A stretch of 64,000 nt of DNA from Bacteriovoracaceae bacterium. GTDB lineage: Bacteria > Bdellovibrionota > Bacteriovoracia > Bacteriovoracales > Bacteriovoracaceae. A program made the position numbers and the translations under genes. Where the stretch lies: contig JBLXCO010000002.1 in NCBI GenBank assembly GCA_048264885.1, positions 485,040 to 549,039 on the forward strand, given 5' to 3'. How positions within the stretch are numbered: position 1 is the first letter of the stretch; each line of letters begins with the position of its first letter. Under the pieces are notes generated by a model. It worked only from the letters and a program-made list of their open reading frames with translations, had not been told where the DNA came from and made no database searches. This document shows, in pieces, positions 1 through 7,554 of the stretch.

Positions 1-132
1 TTCACCTATGGGTGATGCGCTCCTACGGTCGCTATCTCAGGGCCTTTGCTCGCGAGGAGCGCTCTGTCTAGTAAATGCCAAACTCCAACCGGGCCTGGTG
101 AATGCAATGTTTTTAGGCACAATGAAGAGGTC

Positions 133-1428
133 ATGAGTAAGTTTAAATCAGGTCGTTTCGAGCGAGCACTCGGAGTTGGTGTCTCTCTCACCAAAGCGGC
201 CGCCCACATGGGATTATCAAAAATTTCTGAGAAGGCCACTCCCGCCTTGTCGTATTCGCGCCGAGTGAAAGCCGCTACGGAGTTGGTGCGTTCGATGGGA
301 GAGTTAAAGGGCGCCCTGATGAAACTGGGGCAAATGCTCTCGGTGACAGACGATCTTATTTTGCCACCAGAGATCAGCACACTCTTTAGAACTCTTCAGC
401 GCGATTCTAAGCGCATGAGTGCTAGAGAACTTGGCGAGATGTTTGAGCGCGAATTTGGTAAAACTCCCAGCGATCTCTTTGCGACTTTTGGGTCTGAAGC
501 CGTGGCCGCAGCAAGTATTGGTCAGGTTCATGAGGCTTCGCTTAAAAGTGGCGAAGTTGTGGCGGTTAAGGTTCAATACCCGGATATTGAGGCGGCCATT
601 CGCGCTGACTTTAAAAATCTCGATAAACTTCACGATTTTGTCTCGCTCTTGGTCCCTGGAAAACCCGATGTTGAAGCGCTTTTGCTCGAACTGCGCGAGG
701 CCCTCATTAAAGAATGTGACTATCACCAAGAGGCGAGGAGTATGATGCGCTTTCGCGCAGATTATGAAGGCGTCTTTAGTCAGGTGATCATTCCCAAGGT
801 TTTCACAGAGTATAGCTCAAAGCATATTCTCACCAGTGAGTTTGTTCACGGCCTAAGCTTTGAAGAAGCGCTGGAACTCCCCCAGAGTGAGCGCGATGAA
901 ATTTGCCAACTTCTCTATGACATGCACATGTTTGGCCTTTATGAAAAGCGTCTCCTTCACACAGACCCCCAAAATGGAAATTATCTCTTTCGCCCGGGTG
1001 AAATCATCTTGCTCGACTTTGGCAGTACCAGAGAGTTTAGCGAAGAATTTATTCGCTCATACGTGCGTTTACTCTACGCCGTTGAAATGAATGAGTTTGA
1101 TACTTATGAACACTATGCTTACCGACTGGGCCTTTTCATGGAAGATGATGATCAGGCCCTCAAGCGTCGTCATTTTGAGATGATTCAAAAGCTCTACCTT
1201 CCCTACGCTAGACCCGGTCGCTATCCAGTGCCTGATCACAATCCCTTTGAGCTTTTGCGCGATTTTCTTGGAGGCGTGAGTATCAAAGGGAGGAAGGGTC
1301 CAATGCCTGAGTTCTTACTGCTAGATCGGGCCAATTTAGGATTTTATACTAAGATCAGAAAATTAGGTGGGTCGATTGATTGGACCACTTCGCGCGATCG
1401 GTATCGCGCGAAGTGGCTCGTGAATTAG
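133..1428 (+). CDS. ABC1/UbiB-family atypical protein kinase
   Basis: Lies in ORF 46..1428. Motifs 'AAASIGQVHEA', 'VAVKVQYPDIE', catalytic-loop-like 'HTDPQNGNY' and 'LLDFGS'. The ATG at 133 is preceded by GAAGAGG, so it is preferred over the TTG at 46. Confidence 0.8.
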   Translation: MSKFKSGRFERALGVGVSLTKAAAHMGLSKISEKATPALSYSRRVKAATELVRSMGELKGALMKLGQMLSVTDDLILPPEISTLFRTLQRDSKRMSARELGEMFEREFGKTPSDLFATFGSEAVAAASIGQVHEASLKSGEVVAVKVQYPDIEAAIRADFKNLDKLHDFVSLLVPGKPDVEALLLELREALIKECDYHQEARSMMRFRADYEGVFSQVIIPKVFTEYSSKHILTSEFVHGLSFEEALELPQSERDEICQLLYDMHMFGLYEKRLLHTDPQNGNYLFRPGEIILLDFGSTREFSEEFIRSYVRLLYAVEMNEFDTYEHYAYRLGLFMEDDDQALKRRHFEMIQKLYLPYARPGRYPVPDHNPFELLRDFLGGVSIKGRKGPMPEFLLLDRANLGFYTKIRKLGGSIDWTTSRDRYRAKWLVN

Positions 1429-2066
1429 CGATTTGAGTAAATGTAGTAGAGCGAGCCACCTTTGAGTTTGTCGATCAAGTCACGGGCCAAGCGATCATCA
1501 ACTGCTGGGCAACCCCAAGAGCGACCAGCTCTTCCATAGGAATCCACGTGAGATTGACGGGCATAAGTGGCCCCATGAACGACGATTCTTCGTGGGTAGG
1601 CATTGTCATTACTATTTTCTAGTCCATGCAGGTTTAGAGAATAACCGTTATTGCCGTAGTAGGTAGTTGAAGTCTCGTAGAGACCAAGACTTGTCATTTT
1701 TGATCCATTGTCATTAGAAAAGCGCACGGCATTGCCTTTGCCATCACCACTTCCAGTGCCGTGGGTGACGATCATTTCTGTCACATCGCCGTGGGGAAGA
1801 GTGATGAGATATCCTCTTTTTTTAGAAGAGTGCTGAGTCATGTCCGCGATATAGAACCATTTTTTAGACCTAAGCTTTTCAAGCTTTAGGCTATAGGCCG
1901 CATCTAGGGCGTGATAGAGTGCTTGCGCGGGAACATCTCTGGCGCAATCATGAGCGCCACAATCGGCTTCAGGGAAATAGCTCTCCCAAATATCTTGAGA
2001 GTCATAGGCCATGGCCCATGTTTGAGAAAAAAGAACCACCATTAGTGCTAGCAAACGAAACTTCAT
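1425..2066 (-). CDS. L,D-transpeptidase catalytic-domain family protein (YkuD_2-like), secreted
   Basis: Signal peptide 'MKFRLLALMVVLFSQTWA'. C-terminal 'HGATYARQSH...GRSWGCPAV' matches the His...Gly-Cys active site of L,D-transpeptidases. ATG at 2066. Confidence 0.7.
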   Translation of the reverse strand: MKFRLLALMVVLFSQTWAMAYDSQDIWESYFPEADCGAHDCARDVPAQALYHALDAAYSLKLEKLRSKKWFYIADMTQHSSKKRGYLITLPHGDVTEMIVTHGTGSGDGKGNAVRFSNDNGSKMTSLGLYETSTTYYGNNGYSLNLHGLENSNDNAYPRRIVVHGATYARQSHVDSYGRAGRSWGCPAVDDRLARDLIDKLKGGSLYYIYSNR

Positions 2067-2439
2067 GTACACCTCAAAAAAAATAATCCACACCATCCCT
2101 CATGCGTCCCTTAGGGGGCGAAGAGTTCGTTCATTGGAAGACGGCGCATATTTTTCTAGTCTAGCTAGAAGTGATTTTCTCAATTTGAAGGCGAACATAT
2201 CTGCCGATCGGATATTAGAGACTGAGCAGTAAACGTTGCTCAGGAAATGCCTAAGGGGAGAAATTGCCCTCCTTTACCTCGCGCGCGATGATGGAGGTGC
2301 AGAGCGCGAGTGAGGAAGCTCTAAGTCACCGTTTTTTAAGCCTTTCTAGGGGCATGTAAAGCTTTCTCACCGCCTTATGTTGTGCTGCGCAATTTGCTAT
2401 AAAGCTGCCTGAAAACGCGAATCACAAAAGGAATTCTTT

Positions 2440-3768
2440 ATGCTCTCAAAGGCCATAAAAATTGGACTTAAACTAGCACTCACTGGTGGGATCATGGCCA
2501 TGTCGTGCCCTAGCGCTGCTATGGCAGGTCCGTACTATGATCAGTTGATGAGAGACTTTGGCCTGAATAAGGCCGACCACTCTTTTTGCTTTGAAGATAG
2601 TAGTGGCGAACTGCAAGGGGACAATATTTATAAGAAAGTCCGCCTGGCCTCAACTTCTAAGCTCGTGACCACCCTGTGGGCGATGGATCTTCTGGGTCCC
2701 GAGTGGCAGTTTGAAACTAAGTTCTTTCTAAAGGGCGATCACCTGCATATTGAAGGCTCGCTCGATCCCGTTTTTTCTAAGCGCAAGCTTTTCTATTTTG
2801 TGAGTCAGCTGCTCAATAAGAATATTAAGCACATTTCAAAAGTAACATTTAATCAAGACTTCCGCGCCTTTGCCGCTGCCGAAGACTATGTTGGAAGTGT
2901 AGTGGTTATTGACGCCAATCGCTCGGCGAGAAATCTCTACGACTATTGGCATACGCCTGCTTACAATAAACTTAAGCCCGTGTACCGCGCCTTTATTAAT
3001 GAAACTCCAGAGTCCGTTATTGAGGAGTTGCAGATCCGTCGCAATCTTGAAGAGCTCGATCTCTCCATTGGCAGTGTCGAGGGAGTGGAGCGAGCGCCTT
3101 TTGATCTGGCCGATCCGTTAGTTAGTGAGTTTCACCATTTCTCTCCTGAGATCAAGAAATATCTTAAGTTCATGAATATCGAATCCAATAACTTTATTGC
3201 CGACCAAGTTTTTGAGAAGCTTGGTGGTGAAAAAGCTTTTGATCTATGGCTTGAAGGATATTTGGGTGAGCGCCTTAAAGAGCATGACCTTAAACGCGAA
3301 GGTTATAATGCTAATGAGCTCTCAATGAAAATGTATACTGGGAGTGGCCTAGATACTAAGAGAGCTGGTGAGCGCGTGGATAATTATTCAAGCTGCGCTC
3401 TGATGACCACGCTCCTTAAGGATCTTAGAAGTGAGCTCGATCAAAAGGGCAATCACTTAAAAGAAGTTGTCGCTGTGCCTGGCAGCGATGGTGGTACCTT
3501 TCGCACGCGCCTCAGAGGGGCCTTGACCAAAAACACACTTGTGGCCAAAACGGGCACGCTCTTTCACACTTCTAGTTTGACTGGAGTGATCTATTCAAAA
3601 GGACACACTCATCCTTTTGGCATCTTTCACCAACTCACTGGTGGTAAAGGGAATGCTCGCATTGTTCAAAATAAATTAGTGGAAAAGCTAGTGGAGGACT
3701 TTGGCGGGCCTGAGCGCTTTGACTACAGTGTTGAATACTTTTTCCCAGCTAGTGCTCCGCTAGAATAA
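2440..3768 (+). CDS. dacB: PBP4/DacB-family D-Ala-D-Ala carboxypeptidase/endopeptidase (peptidase S13), secreted
   Basis: Signal peptide. SxxK motif 'ASTSKLV', SxN motif 'ESNNFIADQV' and KTG motif 'AKTGTL', in the order expected for PBP4. Confidence 0.75.
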   Translation: MLSKAIKIGLKLALTGGIMAMSCPSAAMAGPYYDQLMRDFGLNKADHSFCFEDSSGELQGDNIYKKVRLASTSKLVTTLWAMDLLGPEWQFETKFFLKGDHLHIEGSLDPVFSKRKLFYFVSQLLNKNIKHISKVTFNQDFRAFAAAEDYVGSVVVIDANRSARNLYDYWHTPAYNKLKPVYRAFINETPESVIEELQIRRNLEELDLSIGSVEGVERAPFDLADPLVSEFHHFSPEIKKYLKFMNIESNNFIADQVFEKLGGEKAFDLWLEGYLGERLKEHDLKREGYNANELSMKMYTGSGLDTKRAGERVDNYSSCALMTTLLKDLRSELDQKGNHLKEVVAVPGSDGGTFRTRLRGALTKNTLVAKTGTLFHTSSLTGVIYSKGHTHPFGIFHQLTGGKGNARIVQNKLVEKLVEDFGGPERFDYSVEYFFPASAPLE

Positions 3769-4619
3769 TGAAGCGCGTGACCTATCTCCTTTTAGGGGCG
3801 AGCCTCATTACGATTGGCCTCTATTCGTGGCGCCCCAAGGGGGCGTCTCAACCAGTGGCCAAGAAACTCCAAGCGCCAGCAGAGTCAATTGACGATGGGG
3901 CAACGCAAGCTGCACGGCCAAGTACTAAAGCCCCTAGTGTTGGTACAGTTAAAGCATCTCAGACGCCCGAGATCGATAGTGACAAAGAACTCTCTAAAGA
4001 GCTTAGAGACCTCATTCTGAGTGGGGATGTCAACGCACGAGATGCACAAGGGCGCAGCGCTTTAATGATTGCGAGTTTTAGGCGCGATCAAGAAGCTTTT
4101 GGTGCGCTCATTAAGGCCGGCGCTGATCTCAATTTGGTCGATCATAGTGGTCAAGATGCACTCATGAGTGCCCTTAATGGCGGTTCCGAGGCTTTGGCCC
4201 TCAGGTTAATTGAGCTGGGGGCCGATCCCAAAAGGATCGATCTCTCAGGTCAGAGCGCTCTGTCCTACGCCGTTGGCTCAGGTCATTTGCAAGTAATGCA
4301 AGAACTCTTAAAACGAGGTGCTAATCCAAATCTCCTGGCCAATAGTGCTGGTTATACCATGGCAATGGACTTGGCCCATGAAGGTCAGCTCGAGGCGCTG
4401 AAGCTCTTTGTCGCCCATGGAGCGCGTGTTAATGGCGCTGATAATGAAGGCAATACTCTCACCCATCATGCTGTACTCTCGGGCAATGCCCAAGTGGTAG
4501 AGTTTGTCATTGGTATTGGGGCGGTGGCGGATACGCCCAATAGAGAGGGTCTCACGCCGCTAGACTTGGCCCAGAAATACGATCTCGCCCAGATTGTGAC
4601 ACTCCTATCTAGACCTTAA
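3768..4619 (+). CDS. Ankyrin-repeat protein with N-terminal signal/anchor
   Basis: Hydrophobic N-terminus 'LLLGASLITIGLYSW'. At least 5 ankyrin-like repeats ('DAQGRSALMIAS', 'DHSGQDALMSAL', 'DLSGQSALSYAV', 'DNEGNTLTHHAV', 'NREGLTPLDLA'). The start overlaps the dacB stop (TAATG). Confidence 0.85.
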   Translation: MKRVTYLLLGASLITIGLYSWRPKGASQPVAKKLQAPAESIDDGATQAARPSTKAPSVGTVKASQTPEIDSDKELSKELRDLILSGDVNARDAQGRSALMIASFRRDQEAFGALIKAGADLNLVDHSGQDALMSALNGGSEALALRLIELGADPKRIDLSGQSALSYAVGSGHLQVMQELLKRGANPNLLANSAGYTMAMDLAHEGQLEALKLFVAHGARVNGADNEGNTLTHHAVLSGNAQVVEFVIGIGAVADTPNREGLTPLDLAQKYDLAQIVTLLSRP

Positions 4620-4666
4620 CTATCCAAGGTTTAAAGACAATGTTATGATGTGGAGCTGAGGTATAG

Positions 4667-5257
4667 ATGGAATCATTAGTACAAATACTACGCTCCTGTG
4701 GAGATTTCTTTGCTCACTGCTTTGTCATTACTGACTTGGAGGCAGAGGATTCCCCGCTCATTTACGTAAATGACAATTTTTGCAAGCTCTCGGGCTACAG
4801 TCGCGAAGAAGTTCTTGGCAAGAATTGTCGCTTCCTTCAAGGCCCAGAGACCTCGCACGCCGATATCGTCAACATCGCCAAGGCGATTGGTGAGCGCGAG
4901 TGTTGCTATCAAGATATTTTGAACTACCGAAAAGATGGTTCGCCTTTTTGGAATAGGCTGATGCTTATTCCGATAAATACCGATGTGCTTGGGGTGCGCT
5001 ACTATATTGGAATTCAGCACGATATTAGCGATAAGGTAAAGAACAAGCAGTCTTTTATTGCCAAAGGTCCTGCAGGTAAATCGGGTCATATTTTTGCCAA
5101 GGTTAATAATCCTCTCACTGAAGTCATCCGTTCCCTTCGAACCCTTCGTTATCAAGGTGACGGCTCGAGTGAGACAGCAAAATTTTCTCAGGATTTAAGA
5201 AAGAAAATTCAAAGCGAGATCACTGCTTTGTGCACTTATGTGCATTCTCTAGACTAG
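4667..5257 (+). CDS. LOV-domain (PAS) blue-light sensor protein, short form
   Basis: Canonical LOV signature 'GKNCRFLQG' with the adduct-forming Cys, plus downstream 'DGSPFWN' and 'YYIGIQHDISD'. GAGG lies 6 nt upstream of the ATG. About 75 aa of helical C-terminal extension and no recognisable output domain. Confidence 0.85.
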   Translation: MESLVQILRSCGDFFAHCFVITDLEAEDSPLIYVNDNFCKLSGYSREEVLGKNCRFLQGPETSHADIVNIAKAIGERECCYQDILNYRKDGSPFWNRLMLIPINTDVLGVRYYIGIQHDISDKVKNKQSFIAKGPAGKSGHIFAKVNNPLTEVIRSLRTLRYQGDGSSETAKFSQDLRKKIQSEITALCTYVHSLD

Positions 5258-5282
5258 GCCCGCTAGAGCACTTGGGCCTTTT
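5256..5282 (+). terminator. Weak hairpin after the LOV gene (AGGCCC-12 nt-GGGCCT followed by TTT)
   Basis: 6-bp GC stem read directly. It overlaps the 3' end of the convergent HNH gene, and the U-tract is short. Confidence 0.3.
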
Positions 5283-5808
5283 GCATGCTGAGGGTTTCTC
5301 CCGGGCGATTGCCTGGAATCCATTCGTACCACTCTACTGGATCGTCTTCTTTTAATTTTAAGCACAGCTTGGCCGACCAGTTGGGACGCCTGGGTGCTTT
5401 GAGTAGGCGCATGCCGGCTTCTTTGGGAGTTCTGGCGCCTTTTTTGGTATTGCAACCCTGACAGCAGGTCACAATATTTTCCCAATTAGTGGCACCCCCT
5501 CGGGATTGAGGAATGATGTGATCAAAGGTCAGCTCTTTGATGGGTAGCCCCTTGGCACAGTACTGGCAACGACACTTATCGCGCAAGAAAATATTCATGC
5601 GCGAAAAGCGAACGCTCTTAGAGTCCTGATGGCGACGATTAAGTTTGAGAATCATGGGAAGGGCGAAGACGTTGTCCACGCTTCTGATGGAGCGATTTTG
5701 GTAGTCTAGGACCACCTCTGCTCTGCCCGTGAGTAAGAGGATCATGGCCTTCTGCCAGCCCACGATCTTTACTGGGAAGTAGGTATTATCCAGTAAAAGT
5801 GTTCTCAT
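5263..5808 (-). CDS. HNH endonuclease (McrA-like, stand-alone)
   Basis: 'CQYC...DHIIPQSRGGATNWENIVTCCQGCNTKK' gives a zinc-finger-flanked HNH motif. ATG at 5808; a TTG at 5817 is also possible. Confidence 0.8.
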   Translation of the reverse strand: MRTLLLDNTYFPVKIVGWQKAMILLLTGRAEVVLDYQNRSIRSVDNVFALPMILKLNRRHQDSKSVRFSRMNIFLRDKCRCQYCAKGLPIKELTFDHIIPQSRGGATNWENIVTCCQGCNTKKGARTPKEAGMRLLKAPRRPNWSAKLCLKLKEDDPVEWYEWIPGNRPGETLSMQKAQVL

Positions 5809-5959
5809 CGTTAGCAATTCTTAGCAAAAATCACTGACTTTCCAACCATGGTCCAATGGGAAAATGGCGTAGTCTTATTTATTGTACCACGAAGTTTTCT
5901 AAGCTGTACCTCTATAGGCCGACAAGTCCTGACACTTGTAAATGCAAGGAGTTAGAAAT

Positions 5960-6898
5960 TTATGAGTCGATATGTTTGCCTAGTTCTTGAGCAAAGAACT
6001 CGAACTGCTCGCGTCCCATGGACGGGGGATCAACAATGAGATGATGAATCGTCCTCTCATTGCTAGGGTTTGGGGTTAATTTAAAGAAACTCCAATTTCT
6101 CTCTTCACTAAACTCCTTGGTTTTTTCAAAATCAAGGAGCTCATCATCTGGGGACATAAAAACAATGGTCGAAGGCCAGCTCAAAACATGATCTAAATTG
6201 CTAAAAAAGTGATCGCGCCTGCGGCGCAGCTCACGGTAAGTTTCTAGACTGGTAAAAGCGCGCAGCCGGTAATCTTTGAGATTAAAAGAGGGCAAAGAGC
6301 CAAAGGGAATCCAGTCAATTAACTTAATGAGTGAGGGGAAAAAACGCTCATATAGAGCAGGAGAGATAAGTGTGAATGTGGTAGGAGTTACGCGGTAGCG
6401 CGAGTTTTGAGTGTCCAGCAAAGACAGAGCTCCCAATGAGTAGCCTAGGGCGTGAATCTTTGTGACTCCCAAACTTTGGGCCCGTCTCTGAACTACACAT
6501 AAAGCGTGATGAACCTGCTCGCGCCAGTTCGCATCTACATGAGTGTCTTTCTCATCTGGAAACTTGAGTTCAACTACAAAAGCTTCGCTCGCGTGGGCGC
6601 TATAGAGGGCCGCGATTGAATTGAGCTTACTCGGCTTCAGGTTGAGACCTGGCACCAGAATCGCGACTGATTTCCGCTTGAGATTCTTATCCATAGGGTA
6701 CCAGTGCCCCGGCGCCTGATCATCTGAGAGAAGAGAGCAGGGTAGAAGCTTCGCGGATTCCTGATCTGCCCCCCAAGCTTTTGACGAGGATGTGAAGCTT
6801 GCGAAGAAGAGCGTACTCACCAAGACAATGGCCCTGAGCCTGGTTTGACGGGCCCCAAGTGAATGCGTAAGCTTTATAAGACGTTTGCTTATTGTCAT
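5960..6898 (-). CDS. Exported alpha/beta-hydrolase-fold protein
   Basis: Nucleophile elbow 'GYSLGA', C-terminal 'TIHHLIV' and an N-terminal hydrophobic segment. The ATG at 6898 is chosen because the longer ORF would overlap the divergent gene starting at 6926. Confidence 0.6.
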   Translation of the reverse strand: MTISKRLIKLTHSLGARQTRLRAIVLVSTLFFASFTSSSKAWGADQESAKLLPCSLLSDDQAPGHWYPMDKNLKRKSVAILVPGLNLKPSKLNSIAALYSAHASEAFVVELKFPDEKDTHVDANWREQVHHALCVVQRRAQSLGVTKIHALGYSLGALSLLDTQNSRYRVTPTTFTLISPALYERFFPSLIKLIDWIPFGSLPSFNLKDYRLRAFTSLETYRELRRRRDHFFSNLDHVLSWPSTIVFMSPDDELLDFEKTKEFSEERNWSFFKLTPNPSNERTIHHLIVDPPSMGREQFEFFAQELGKHIDS

Positions 6899-6925
6899 CA
6901 ATCTATCCTCAAATAGGAGTTTAAC

Positions 6926-7516
6926 ATGAGAAAGATTCTCGTATCCACCCTTGTGGCCATGTCCTTTGGCCCCCTGGCCGTGAGTGCGGCCGAAGTTGAA
7001 TTTAAGGCCGGAGATCATTTTGAATCAGTCAATCTTTCTGGCTCAGTTGGGCTATGGTGTCCCAATGATCGCAAGGAGAGTGATTCGCAAGCGCCAAAGC
7101 GCAGCTACAAATTAGTTAATTGTCGCGCGAATATTCTTATGCCGGGCGAGTTCTCCAAAGTGGTCTATAACGGCAGTGCTGCCGCTGATGAGATTTCACT
7201 TTCAGTGACTCAGGGCTCGGGTAAGCGTGTCACTAAAAGCTCTCGCCTGAAAAATGGGGTGAGTACAAAGAATATTAACCTTTGGGTGAGAACGCTCTTT
7301 CAAAGACCCTTGCTTGACTTTGGGACCAATCAAGTTGAGTACTCAGTGACTAATAATGATAACCTGGTTGCGGCGGGGTCATTTGATGTCTATGTTGATT
7401 CACTGCCAGATCGCAACTGTCGACATCGCACTTATAGCGCTCCTTTTCCCAGCGATTGTACAAGTACAATCTCTATTTGTGATCGCTATTTTAGAGATGA
7501 AAATTACTGCCAATAA
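6926..7516 (+). CDS. Secreted hypothetical protein, six Cys
   Basis: Signal peptide 'MRKILVSTLVAMSFGPLAVSA', AGGAG 6 nt upstream of the ATG, and a terminator right after the stop. No family recognised. Confidence 0.6.
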   Translation: MRKILVSTLVAMSFGPLAVSAAEVEFKAGDHFESVNLSGSVGLWCPNDRKESDSQAPKRSYKLVNCRANILMPGEFSKVVYNGSAAADEISLSVTQGSGKRVTKSSRLKNGVSTKNINLWVRTLFQRPLLDFGTNQVEYSVTNNDNLVAAGSFDVYVDSLPDRNCRHRTYSAPFPSDCTSTISICDRYFRDENYCQ

Positions 7517-7527
7517 GATAGTAGAAA

Positions 7528-7554
7528 GGCCCCATTTTTGGGGCCTTTTTTTTT
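7528..7554. terminator. Bidirectional rho-independent terminator
   Basis: GGCCCC-ATTTTT-GGGGCC followed by T9, with an A-rich stretch on the other side. It sits between convergent genes ending at 7516 and 7553. Confidence 0.8.

Noticed and set aside
6-745. Minus-strand ORFs 6..380 and 304..729, and the plus-strand alternate-frame ORF 419..745
   Set aside because: They overlap the ABC1 kinase gene, whose frame carries clear family motifs. They have no motifs or start signals of their own.
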